This document shows, one piece after another, positions 7,650-17,155 of a DNA stretch of 64,000 nt; the stretch's first letter is position 1; every line of letters starts with the position of its first letter. Source of the stretch: Smithella sp. SCADC (GTDB lineage Bacteria > Desulfobacterota > Syntrophia > Syntrophales > Smithellaceae). The notes under the pieces were generated by a model. That model made no database searches and was not told the DNA's origin. It saw only the letters and a list, made by a program, of their open reading frames with translations. The stretch spans positions 63 to 64,062 of the forward strand of contig JQDQ01000193.1 in the NCBI GenBank assembly GCA_000747625.2, written 5' to 3'. The translations under genes were made by a program, and so were the position numbers.

Positions 7650-9722
7650 ATGAGTAATGAACTTTTGTTTGAAATTGGCACTGAAGAAATTCCCGCCGGA
7701 TTTCTATCCAAGGCGATTGTTGATATGGAAGACATTATCCGTAAATCCCTAACAGAAAAACACATTGCTTTTGAAGGGATCAGGTGTCTGGCCACGCCGC
7801 GGCGCCTTGTTCTTTATATAGCCGATTTGTCCCCCCGGCAGGAAGATCAGTCTATTGAGAAATTAGGACCGGCGAAGAAAGCAGCCTTTGACGAAAACGG
7901 TCAGCCGACAAAAGCCGCTATCGGTTTCGCCAGAGGACAGGGGCTGGAAGTTTCTCAACTGGAGACTATCACAACCGAAAAAGGCGAATATATCGGCGCG
8001 CGCAAAACAATTGCCGGACAACCGACAAAAGAACTGCTTCCGGATATTCTCAAAGATTTCATGCTGGCTATTCCCTTCCGCAAATCAATGCGCTGGGCCG
8101 ACTACGATCTGCGTTTCGCGCGTCCGGTGCACTGGATTTTGGCGCTTTACGACGGAAATGTCATTTCTCTGAAGATTGAAAATATCGAAAGCGGCAATAC
8201 ATCCCGCGGTCATCGTTTTATGAGCCCGGCTTCTTTTGCCGTTACCGGTTTTGAAGATTACCTGCAAAAAACCAGAGAAAATTTTGTAATTGCCGATCCT
8301 GCCGAAAGAAAAAATATAATTCTTGATGAAGCGCGGAAAGCTGCGGCAGAAGTCGGAGGAAAACTTTTTTATACTGACGATCTGCTGGAAACAGTAAGCT
8401 TCATCGTGGAATATCCCGTAATAGTGCGCGGCGGTTTCGACGAGGACTATTTGAAAATCCCTAAAGAAGTTCTGACAACGACCATGATCTCGCATCAAAA
8501 ATACTTCCCTGTTGTCAATAACGAAGGAAAACTTCTGCCTTATTTCATTGCGATAAGCAACACCAGACCCCGCGACATCACGGTAGTGGCCAAAGGCAAC
8601 GAAAGGGTCCTGCGGGCACGTCTGGCCGACGCATCTTTCTTTTTTGAGGAAGATAAAAAAGTCCCCCTGGAAGACAGAGTGGAATCGCTTAAAAAAGTTG
8701 TCTTTCATACACTGTTAGGAACATCACACAAAAAGGTCTTGCGCTTCCGAAAGCTGGCGGTAAAGATTGCTTCCAAAGTGAAACCCTCCGTTAAGAAAAA
8801 TGTTGATCGCGCCGCGCTGCTGGCTAAAGCCGATCTGGAATCGCTGATGGTGGGTGAATTTTCCGAACTTCAGGGCATCATGGGGCGTGAATACGCACTT
8901 ATAGCCGGAGAAACACCGGCAATCGCCAATGCCATCTATGAACATTATTTGCCGATTGTCGCCGGCGGTGACCTGCCGCAAACAGATGAAGGAGCAATTG
9001 TCGGCATTGCCGATAAGATGGACACTATTGCCGGTTTTTTCGGCGTGGGCATGCCGCCGACCGGTACGGCCGATCCCTACGCACTGCGCCGTCAGGCATT
9101 AGGCATTATTAATATTATTTTATCCCGTTGCTATTCTTTAAGCCTGAATTTCCTGATTGACGAAAGCCTTATACAACTCAAGGATGTTCTGAAAAAACCG
9201 GCTGATGAGGTTAAAAAGGATATCCTGGAGTTCTTCAAGGGACGCCTCCAGAACCAACTTATTACCCAGGGGTACGCTTATGATACCGTAGATGCCGTCT
9301 TGTCCACGGATATTGATGAACTTGTCGAGGTTATGGAAAAGGTTAAGGCTCTACAGTCTTTTCGTCAGAATCCCGATTTTGAACCCATTTCCATCGCCTT
9401 TAAGCGTGTGGACAATATTTTGAAGGATTTCCAAAACGGTCAGGTTGATGTCAACCTGCTTTCCCATGAAGCGGAAATAAAACTCTTTTCTACTTTTGAT
9501 GATATCAAGACCCGGGTGGAAAAAGGTATAATTGAGAAAGATTTCAGCGCCGCGTTGAATAAACTGGCCGCTTTGCGTCCACATGTGGATGATTTTTTTG
9601 ATAATGTAATGGTTATGGATAAGGATGAAAAAATTCGTTTTAACCGTCTATCGCTTTTGGCGGAAATATCAGCCCTTTTCCATAAAATTGCCGATTTTTC
9701 TAAAATTGTTACACCAGATTGA
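7650..9722 (+). CDS. glyS: glycine--tRNA ligase beta subunit
   Basis: The 690-aa ORF lies directly downstream of glyQ. ELLFEIGTEEIPAGF, the GHRFM motif and the ADPYALRRQA motif are typical of GlyS. Confidence 0.95.
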   Translation: MSNELLFEIGTEEIPAGFLSKAIVDMEDIIRKSLTEKHIAFEGIRCLATPRRLVLYIADLSPRQEDQSIEKLGPAKKAAFDENGQPTKAAIGFARGQGLEVSQLETITTEKGEYIGARKTIAGQPTKELLPDILKDFMLAIPFRKSMRWADYDLRFARPVHWILALYDGNVISLKIENIESGNTSRGHRFMSPASFAVTGFEDYLQKTRENFVIADPAERKNIILDEARKAAAEVGGKLFYTDDLLETVSFIVEYPVIVRGGFDEDYLKIPKEVLTTTMISHQKYFPVVNNEGKLLPYFIAISNTRPRDITVVAKGNERVLRARLADASFFFEEDKKVPLEDRVESLKKVVFHTLLGTSHKKVLRFRKLAVKIASKVKPSVKKNVDRAALLAKADLESLMVGEFSELQGIMGREYALIAGETPAIANAIYEHYLPIVAGGDLPQTDEGAIVGIADKMDTIAGFFGVGMPPTGTADPYALRRQALGIINIILSRCYSLSLNFLIDESLIQLKDVLKKPADEVKKDILEFFKGRLQNQLITQGYAYDTVDAVLSTDIDELVEVMEKVKALQSFRQNPDFEPISIAFKRVDNILKDFQNGQVDVNLLSHEAEIKLFSTFDDIKTRVEKGIIEKDFSAALNKLAALRPHVDDFFDNVMVMDKDEKIRFNRLSLLAEISALFHKIADFSKIVTPD

Positions 9723-9760
9723 TTTTTTGCTGATCTCTCCATAAGTTGAAATATCGCGAA

Positions 9761-9789
9761 TTGACATTAATATAAATCCTTGTTAGGAT
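9761..9789 (+). promoter_or_regulatory. candidate sigma70 promoter of the GAF-PilB gene
   Basis: TTGACA (9761-9766), a 17-nt spacer, then TAGGAT (9784-9789), about 38 nt upstream of the ATG. Confidence 0.3.
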
Positions 9790-9826
9790 AAGTGCAGTTT
9801 TTTGATATTAAGGAAAATTTTACTCC

Positions 9827-12124
9827 ATGAACGATCAGTTAACTCCACCATCCGCAACAAATATTAATGGAACTTCCCGAATACGCAAGGAACTACTGGA
9901 CATAACCAACCGTATTCATGCGGCACAGAACATCAAACAAATTCTTATCGATTTAAAGAGCGGCATCCTCAACCTTTTTAACGCTAATTCCATAACTACT
10001 TACGTCGTCGATAAAGCACGCAATGAAATTTATTCCATGTTTCTGGCCGGCACACAACTCAAAGAAATCAGATTACCAATAAATAATAAAAGTATTGCCG
10101 GCTACGTAGCGAACACCGGCACAATAATTAACATTGAAAACGCTTACAATCAAAAGGAGCTTAAGAGTATCGAAGCGGAGTTAACTTTTGATGACAGCTG
10201 GGATAAAAAATCAGGCTTTAAGACCAGGCAGATTCTTGCCGCCCCGATATACCACAGCAGCCAGCTCATGGGTGTCCTTCAAATTATCAACAAGAAAGTT
10301 GGTGATGGAAAATTCTCGGAAGAGGAAATTGCATTAGCGCTGGAAATTGCCGAAGTTCTCGGTGCCGCTTTTTACAATCGACAACGTTTTGTTCGTCACC
10401 GGAAAACACGGTTTGATTATTTAATAACCCACGATCTTCTTAAAGAAGAAGAACTGGAAAGAGCATGGAAAGAAGTGCGTGAAAAAAAAGAGTCAATGGA
10501 AAATTTCCTCATGATGAAATACAAAATATCTAAAGAAGATGTTGGCCGTGCTCTTGAGGAATTTTATAACTGTCGTTTCATCAGATATAACGAGAAAATA
10601 CCTATCCCGGGCCACTTAATTAAAGATTTGAAAAAAAATTATCTGCGCCGTGAACTTTGGGTGCCGCTGGAAAAGGTCGGCGACAAAATTCACGTAATCA
10701 TGGATGATCCGAACAACATTATCAAGAGAGACACCATTGAAAATCTTTTAAAAACCAAGCAGATAAATTATGACGTCGCTCTGGAAGAAGACATAATAAA
10801 ATACATCAACCTTTTTTATAATACTCCCGATGACGAACACTCTTTTATAGAAATATTAGGCCGGATGGAGGGTGACGATGCGACGTCAGAAGATGAAGAA
10901 GGCGACGAAACGGTCACCGAATCGGATAGTGTTATTATGCAACTCGTTAATAAAATTATTAATGATGCTTATAATCGCCGTGCTTCGGATATACATGTCG
11001 AACCCAATGTAGACAGAAAAAATGTAGAGATTCGGTTCCGTGTCGATGGAGATTGTGCTCTCTATCAAACGGTCCCTTTCAGTTACCGCGCGGCCCTTAT
11101 TTCGCGCATCAAAATCATGTCCAATCTGGATATCACCATTAAAAGACTGCCACAGGACGGTAAGATTAAGTTCAGGCGTTCTAATGGAGACGAAATTGAA
11201 TTGCGTGTAGCGACAATCCCCACTCAGGGAGGTGTGGAAGATGTGGTTATGCGTATTTTAGCTAAAGGCGAGACAATGCCTCTGGAAGATATGGCTTTAT
11301 CTTCGCGCAATTACAACGAACTAACCAGTATTATTTCCAAACCTTACGGCATGATTTTGTGTGTTGGTCCTACCGGTTCCGGTAAAACAACTACACTGCA
11401 TGCCGCATTGCACCACATTAATCGTCCGGACAGAAAAATATGGACGGCGGAAGACCCTGTGGAAATCACTCAATACGGTTTGCGTCAAGTACAAGTGCAC
11501 CCCAAGATCGGTTTTGATTTTGCGGCAGCTATGCGTGCATTTTTACGTGCGGATCCTGATGTCATCATGGTCGGCGAAATGCGCGATTACGAAACAGCAA
11601 AGACAGGTGTTGAGGCCTCCCTTACCGGTCACCTGGTATTCAGCACTCTGCATACGAACAGTGCCCCGGAAACTATTGTCCGCCTGCTGGATATGGGCAT
11701 TGATCCCCTTAATTTTGCCGATGCCTTGTTGGGCATTCTCGCTCAACGCCTTGTACGAACTCTTTGCAAGAAGTGTAAGGAACAATATCATCCCTCAAAG
11801 GAAGAATACGACGAAATCGCTGAAAGTTACGATCGGGAAGAATTTGAAAATTTAAATATCCCTTACAATGACGAATTCAAGATCTACAGGCCTAAGGGTT
11901 GTGATATATGCAATAATACCGGATATAGAGGCAGAATGAGTATTCATGAACTCTTAGTCGCAACCGATGGTATCAAAAGACTGATTCAAAAGCATGAAAC
12001 CGTAGAAGTCATGCGGAACCTGTCCCGGAGCGAAGGCATGACGACACTTTTACAGGACGGTATTCTAAAAGCTCTCAAAGGTTTTACTGATTTTAAGCAG
12101 GTACGCCGCGTCTGTATAAAATAA
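9827..12124 (+). CDS. GspE/PilB-family secretion/pilus ATPase with N-terminal GAF domain
   Basis: The C-terminal half has Walker A GPTGSGKTTT, an Asp box, Walker B IMVGEMRD, a His box TGHLVFSTLHTN and a tetracysteine CKKC...CDIC. The middle is T2SSE_N-like and the first ~190 aa are GAF-like. Confidence 0.85.
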   Translation: MNDQLTPPSATNINGTSRIRKELLDITNRIHAAQNIKQILIDLKSGILNLFNANSITTYVVDKARNEIYSMFLAGTQLKEIRLPINNKSIAGYVANTGTIINIENAYNQKELKSIEAELTFDDSWDKKSGFKTRQILAAPIYHSSQLMGVLQIINKKVGDGKFSEEEIALALEIAEVLGAAFYNRQRFVRHRKTRFDYLITHDLLKEEELERAWKEVREKKESMENFLMMKYKISKEDVGRALEEFYNCRFIRYNEKIPIPGHLIKDLKKNYLRRELWVPLEKVGDKIHVIMDDPNNIIKRDTIENLLKTKQINYDVALEEDIIKYINLFYNTPDDEHSFIEILGRMEGDDATSEDEEGDETVTESDSVIMQLVNKIINDAYNRRASDIHVEPNVDRKNVEIRFRVDGDCALYQTVPFSYRAALISRIKIMSNLDITIKRLPQDGKIKFRRSNGDEIELRVATIPTQGGVEDVVMRILAKGETMPLEDMALSSRNYNELTSIISKPYGMILCVGPTGSGKTTTLHAALHHINRPDRKIWTAEDPVEITQYGLRQVQVHPKIGFDFAAAMRAFLRADPDVIMVGEMRDYETAKTGVEASLTGHLVFSTLHTNSAPETIVRLLDMGIDPLNFADALLGILAQRLVRTLCKKCKEQYHPSKEEYDEIAESYDREEFENLNIPYNDEFKIYRPKGCDICNNTGYRGRMSIHELLVATDGIKRLIQKHETVEVMRNLSRSEGMTTLLQDGILKALKGFTDFKQVRRVCIK

Positions 12125-12178
12125 TTATATCAATTCCTATACGTATTTACTCTCCCGAACAAGTACGATTATTTTAAT

Positions 12179-12790
12179 TTATTTTGACCACGGGAAGTAA
12201 ATCAAGAACCACAGTATTTTACCGTACTCTCTTCTCACTTTTCTCCAATCTGCTGACGATAATTCCCGGAAGTCCGCCGGAGCTTTTTCGTAATGTGTCG
12301 GCACAAAATAAAAAACGTTATTATTTGTATCAAATACCTTCATCGCAATGATTTTAATACGCCGCATGTGATACGGTGAACTGACAAATATAGCGGAATT
12401 CAGCCTGTAATCAGACATTATTTTTCGGGCTTCGACTATTTCCAAATGTGTATCTTCATAAAATTCCGGAGGTGCGGTAACATTCTTTTGATTCGATTTA
12501 TAAAGATATAAGTTTCGTGATAAATATTTTTTCATTTCCATGTCATAAACCTTGAAAACTTTATGATAAGCCGGAATAATTAAATAATCAGCCATCCCTT
12601 CGTTTATTAATCTATAAGCTTCTTTTTGACGTGCCTTAAAATCCGGTCCCAAAATAAGTATTATCGCATTTGTCTTCTTGTATTCCGAAGAATAAAGCAA
12701 ATACTTTGGAGAGTATAAAATAAATCCTGTCAGCAGAACTAAAAACAGGATTCCGGCAAGATAATATTTACCGATTTTTATCACAAACAA
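12179..12790 (-). CDS. DUF218/YdcF (ElyC/SanA-like) family membrane-anchored protein
   Basis: It has an N-terminal TM helix, the ILILG...DYLIIP pattern and VSSPYHMRR, typical of DUF218. The start codon is uncertain (TTG at 12790 or GTG at 12784). Confidence 0.55.
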   Translation of the reverse strand: MFVIKIGKYYLAGILFLVLLTGFILYSPKYLLYSSEYKKTNAIILILGPDFKARQKEAYRLINEGMADYLIIPAYHKVFKVYDMEMKKYLSRNLYLYKSNQKNVTAPPEFYEDTHLEIVEARKIMSDYRLNSAIFVSSPYHMRRIKIIAMKVFDTNNNVFYFVPTHYEKAPADFRELSSADWRKVRREYGKILWFLIYFPWSK

Positions 12791-12842
12791 TATCCTTCAA
12801 ATAATTATCTGTATTGAATTTTGAAGACGGAATATTCAGCAA

Positions 12843-13391
12843 TTAATCCGTATCTCCGAAATAATTCGCAGAGAATATAAATATTTCCGTTTCTTTATCC
12901 TTCCATGCCTGCGCCGGTAATCCGGCTTTATGGCAAGTCTCCTGAAGGAATGTTTCTCTGTCCCATTTATACTCAACAGCCACCTGCGGCAACAATAAAC
13001 CGGCGTTTTGTCCGCGAACAATGTATAATCCGTGCCTTCCCACTTCAATTTCGTTGATATCTTTGATTTGTTTTAACGGACTCAATACCGATATTTCAAA
13101 AGTTAAATCTTTAACTTCTTCCGGTTTTAAGGAAGGAAATCGTGGATCACGAAAAGCGGCAGCCAAAGCCATTTCCTGTACTGTTTCTCCGAGCGGTTTA
13201 TATGCTTTTATATAACCTATGCAACCGCGAAGATGACCGTGTTTTTTCAGAGTCACAAACGCGCCACTTTTGGACTTGAGGTTTTCCGAATCCATTTTCA
13301 GTTCAGGCATTTTTTTATTGTTGATTTTGGCCGTAATCGCTTCTTTGGCTATTTCCAGAAGGGTATTTTTTTCTTTCGTTGTTAATTCCAT
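12843..13391 (-). CDS. AMMECR1-domain protein (AmmeMemoRadiSam system protein A type)
   Basis: GAFVTLKKHGHLRGCIGYI...AAAFRDPRFP...EISVLSPL is the AMMECR1 signature. Confidence 0.85.
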   Translation of the reverse strand: MELTTKEKNTLLEIAKEAITAKINNKKMPELKMDSENLKSKSGAFVTLKKHGHLRGCIGYIKAYKPLGETVQEMALAAAFRDPRFPSLKPEEVKDLTFEISVLSPLKQIKDINEIEVGRHGLYIVRGQNAGLLLPQVAVEYKWDRETFLQETCHKAGLPAQAWKDKETEIFIFSANYFGDTD

Positions 13392-13400
13392 TTCGGACTC

Positions 13401-14225
13401 CTATTCTTTACAATAAACCGCTGCCGCATATCCCACAACCGAACTTTTATCGCCTGTTATATCTCCTGAATTGGCATATTTTAAGAGATGTGCTTTATCA
13501 GCTTTCATCATATGCGCTACCAGCATTGTCACTGCCATGGGCCCGCCGCCACACGCTTCAACAGTCCCATTTGCCATTGCCTGCACAAGACCGGCGGCAT
13601 CGCCATTTTTCAAATATCCCAGCGCAACGGCATCCATTTTTTTTGCCGCGTTATAGTTATAAAAATGAGATAAATCGGAGCTGCCTACTATCAATGTTTT
13701 TTTGTCGCGTACAGTTTCATATATAGCCGCCGCAAGGTCCCGACAGGTATCCATGTCCTGATTGCCCATAACCAAAGGAACAAATGAAAATTCACCCAAT
13801 GCGACCTGCAAGAAAGGAATCTGAATTTCCACGGAATGTTCCTGACGATGCGCGTCCGGAATATCAGCTGTTATCTTACTTAAATTTTTAATTTTCTGCG
13901 CAAATTCTTCAACGACAGGCACGACGCCAAGAGGTGTTTCATAGCCGCCTCTGCCAAAAACGGATACACCACTAAAGGCAACTCTGTGACTTGGTCCTAT
14001 GACGACAACAACATCATACTTATTACCGCGAATAAGCTTGTAAGCGTTCGCCGCTACTTGTCCTGAGTAAACGTAACCGGCATGAGGAGCAATCAAACCT
14101 ACGATTTCTCCCGGCAATGTCAAATCAGGAACTGATTCAAAGAAGCTTTCAATATTTTTTTTCAGAATTGACGGATTTCCCGGATACCATGAACCGGCTA
14201 TTACTGACTTTCTCACGGTATTCAT
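13401..14225 (-). CDS. Memo-like protein (AmmeMemoRadiSam system protein B type)
   Basis: AGSWYPG, APHAGYVYSG, GPSH and DLSH motifs are characteristic of the MEMO1 family. It starts 7 nt after the upstream gene and ends 9 nt before the AMMECR1 gene. Confidence 0.85.
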   Translation of the reverse strand: MNTVRKSVIAGSWYPGNPSILKKNIESFFESVPDLTLPGEIVGLIAPHAGYVYSGQVAANAYKLIRGNKYDVVVVIGPSHRVAFSGVSVFGRGGYETPLGVVPVVEEFAQKIKNLSKITADIPDAHRQEHSVEIQIPFLQVALGEFSFVPLVMGNQDMDTCRDLAAAIYETVRDKKTLIVGSSDLSHFYNYNAAKKMDAVALGYLKNGDAAGLVQAMANGTVEACGGGPMAVTMLVAHMMKADKAHLLKYANSGDITGDKSSVVGYAAAVYCKE

Positions 14226-14232
14226 AGCTACC

Positions 14233-16551
14233 TCACTTAAATCGCCAGACGACCCCTTGTGGAGTGTCTAAAACATCAACGCCACGTTTAGCTAGTTGCG
14301 ATCTATAGGAATCTGCCTCCTTCCAGTTACTAATTTTTCTTGCCGCTTCTCTTTTATCTATCAACATTCTTATTTCCCCGTCTGCAACCAGCGCCTCAAA
14401 ATCCATTATGCCCAAGACTTCGTTTATATTTCCCAACGCCGTCAGTATTTTCAGGGCATTACTTTTATTTATCATGCCCCGGGTCAGAGGAAAGTTTATT
14501 TTACCAATAAAATTAAAAACCGCCGCCAGTGCCCCGGCAATATTTAAATCATCATCCAAAGCCGCTGTGAAATCATGCTTAAGATCATATATCAGTTGAT
14601 CTATTTCCGTAAAAGCTTCTTTATCATCGCCATGAGCGGCATTTAACCGGCTAATGAACGTATGGATTTTTTTTACCGTATTTTTTGCCGCCACCAAAGC
14701 GCCTTCTGAATAGTTAACCGGTTTGCGATAATGTACTCCCAGCAAAAAAAGACGAATATCTCTTCCGCTGTAACCACTTTCCCGCAATTGTGACAACGGC
14801 AGCGTATTATCCAGGGAACGGGACATTTTCCTGCCTTCGACCATTACCAGTTCGGCGTTAATCCAGTAATTAGGGCCGTTATGACCGGAAAAAGCTTTAT
14901 TGATGGCTAAAACATTTTCACAATGGGGAAATATCTCATCGGCCCCGCTGACGTGAATATCATAAGTCGCTCCAAGATATTTATTGGAAACAGCCGCGCA
15001 TTCCATATGCCAACTAGGTCTCACATTTCCCCATACGGTCTTATAATAAATCCCTCTTTTTAATTCGGCCAGACTTGATCTCTTTAATAAAGCAAAATCC
15101 GCCGGACTGTCTTTTTCATAATCATCAAGATCTATTGATTTCCCCTGTCTTGTTTTACCCAAATCTATATTGGAAAGAGCTCCGTAATCGGCCAATTTGG
15201 AAATATTATAATAAACTGAATGCAATTTTTCGTAGGCATAATCTTTATCCACTAATTTCTCGACAATTTTTAACATAACGTCAACATTTTCAGACGCTTT
15301 CACATAGATATTATCCTTATTAATGTTGAGAAATTGTACATCTTCCATAAACACCTGCAAATATTTCTGAGAATAATCTGCAAGTTCAAGCCCTTCTTTT
15401 TCCGAGCTTTTTATTGATTTATCTCCAAAATCAACAATGTCCAGAACATGCTTTACCTTGTAACCTTTATAAATTAAATATCGGTTGATTAAATCGGAGA
15501 CCACCATGCGCCGGTAATTTCCCAAATGGGGAGTATCATGTATTGTCGGACCGCACGTACGCATGGTTACTTCATCAAGTTTTATCGGATTAAATAGATT
15601 TTTCCGGCGCGCAAAAGCATTGTAGAGATTAAACGTAGAAATCTCCTTTTTAAAAGCGAAAAGATCCGTACTTAAATATCGTTCTCCACCATCAGGGAGA
15701 ATAACGACGATTAACCCTTCCTCCAGAAGCTTCGCCTTCTGAGCAGCCACAAACATAGCCGCACCGGAGCTCATTCCTACAAATATGCCTTCTTCACGGG
15801 CTAACCGCCGGGACATTTCAAAAGCATCTTCATCTAAAATATTCACTTTTTCGTCGAGCCTGGTTTTATCATATATCCCCGGACGATAAGATTCCCGCAT
15901 GTTCTTTAGTCCCTGAATCTTGTGCTGCAGATAGGGTTCCACACCTATAATTTTAATTTCCGGATTCAGTTCTTTGAGCCGTTTGGAAATTCCCATAGCG
16001 GTGCCTGTGGTACCCAGGCAGGATACTACCATCGTAACCTTACCATCTGTTTGTTCCCAAATCTCCTGCGCTGTACCGTAATAATGGGCGGCGACATTAT
16101 CCTCATTATTGAATTGATCAGTACCAAAATATTTATCAGGATTTTCGCGCAGCATTTTATATGCAACTTCAATGGCTCCGTCGGTACCTTGAGCAGCCGG
16201 GGTGAAATACAATTCCGCTCCCATGGCACGCAGAATCTTTTTTCTCTCTTCACTGGCCGATTCCGACATCGTCAAACACAATTTATATCCCTTCGCCGCC
16301 GCAATCATCGCCAAGCCGATTCCCGTATTGCCGCTGGTTGCTTCCAAAATAATTTTCGACGAATTCAGATCACCTCTTTTTTCGGCATTCTCGATCATGA
16401 ATAATGCGGTGCGATCCTTAATGGATCCACCGGGATTGACACCTTCAACTTTTGCAAAAATCTTTACTTTTTTATTGGGATTAAGCCGGAAGATTTCCAC
16501 CAAAGGTGTGTTACCGATGCTTTCAATAATGTTTTTGTAAAGTTTATGCAT
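14233..16551 (-). CDS. fusion protein: cysteine synthase (PLP, CysK/CysM-like) N-terminal + full-length cysteinyl-tRNA synthetase-like C-terminal
   Basis: Residues 1-~300 read IGNTPLVE...NPGGSIKDR...TSGNTG...GTTGT (fold-type II PLP cysteine synthase). Residues ~320-772 read TCGPTIHDTPHLGN (HIGH-like), WHMEC, FPHCEN, KMSRS and DDLNIAGALA, with a C-terminal ...AD.YR.QL...G..V.DT..G..W tail, as in CysRS. Confidence 0.8.
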   Translation of the reverse strand: MHKLYKNIIESIGNTPLVEIFRLNPNKKVKIFAKVEGVNPGGSIKDRTALFMIENAEKRGDLNSSKIILEATSGNTGIGLAMIAAAKGYKLCLTMSESASEERKKILRAMGAELYFTPAAQGTDGAIEVAYKMLRENPDKYFGTDQFNNEDNVAAHYYGTAQEIWEQTDGKVTMVVSCLGTTGTAMGISKRLKELNPEIKIIGVEPYLQHKIQGLKNMRESYRPGIYDKTRLDEKVNILDEDAFEMSRRLAREEGIFVGMSSGAAMFVAAQKAKLLEEGLIVVILPDGGERYLSTDLFAFKKEISTFNLYNAFARRKNLFNPIKLDEVTMRTCGPTIHDTPHLGNYRRMVVSDLINRYLIYKGYKVKHVLDIVDFGDKSIKSSEKEGLELADYSQKYLQVFMEDVQFLNINKDNIYVKASENVDVMLKIVEKLVDKDYAYEKLHSVYYNISKLADYGALSNIDLGKTRQGKSIDLDDYEKDSPADFALLKRSSLAELKRGIYYKTVWGNVRPSWHMECAAVSNKYLGATYDIHVSGADEIFPHCENVLAINKAFSGHNGPNYWINAELVMVEGRKMSRSLDNTLPLSQLRESGYSGRDIRLFLLGVHYRKPVNYSEGALVAAKNTVKKIHTFISRLNAAHGDDKEAFTEIDQLIYDLKHDFTAALDDDLNIAGALAAVFNFIGKINFPLTRGMINKSNALKILTALGNINEVLGIMDFEALVADGEIRMLIDKREAARKISNWKEADSYRSQLAKRGVDVLDTPQGVVWRFK

Positions 16552-16563
16552 AGATTAATATGA

Positions 16564-16980
16564 TCAACTATCCATTTTGGGTAAAGAAATTTTAATAAAC
16601 TGAACGCCTTCTTCCTTTAAATTTTCTTCTTCTTGCGGCGTACTTGTCCCTTTGATATTTCGTTTTTCTTCATCTCCGTAATGTATCTTTAAGGCAGTTT
16701 CGGCAAATTTATTACCCACATCCTCAAAATTATTATCAATATATTGATGTAATATTTTCATAGTTCTAGCTACAGAAAGTTCCGTTTCCCGGTTCTTATC
16801 TGCCGTCCGTGAGCCCTTTCCTATAATCGTTATCGAAGAAGGGATAATTTCGACACTCGAACTATTACAAACGGGACAAGAAACCAGTTTTTGTGAATTT
16901 TGTAAAATCCAGGCTTGCCGATCTTTAAACCAGCCTTCGAATTGATGTCCTTTTTCGCATTTTAAATCGTAAATAATCAC
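16564..16980 (-). CDS. DUF1178 family zinc-ribbon protein
   Basis: It has a GTG start at 16980. VIIYDLKCEKGHQFEGWF...CPVC is the DUF1178 signature. The longer track ORF to 17166 is the antisense translation of tRNA-Pro. Confidence 0.65.
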   Translation of the reverse strand: MIIYDLKCEKGHQFEGWFKDRQAWILQNSQKLVSCPVCNSSSVEIIPSSITIIGKGSRTADKNRETELSVARTMKILHQYIDNNFEDVGNKFAETALKIHYGDEEKRNIKGTSTPQEEENLKEEGVQFIKISLPKMDS

Positions 16981-17052
16981 CGTATTACTATCCTTTACAC
17001 AATAATTTATGTGGACAATTGTAAATAAATTATATAACGTCCTTGGCCGTGT

Positions 17053-17129
17053 CGGGATGTGGCCCAGCTTGGTAGGGCACTGCGTTCGGGACGCAGGAGT
17101 CGCGCGTTCAAATCGCGCCATCCCGACCA
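17053..17129 (+). tRNA. tRNA-Pro (anticodon CGG), CCA encoded
   Basis: Cloverleaf: acceptor CGGGATG/CATCCCG, anticodon stem CTGCG/CGCAG with loop TTCGGGA, T arm GCGCG-TTCAAAT-CGCGC, then ACCA. Confidence 0.92.
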
Positions 17130-17155
17130 TTTTACTTTTAATACGATATCTTTTA

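Noticed and set aside
6971-8708. Two 207-aa minus-strand ORFs (6971-7594 and 8085-8708)
   Set aside because: They are antisense shadows of glyQ and glyS, which are unambiguous.
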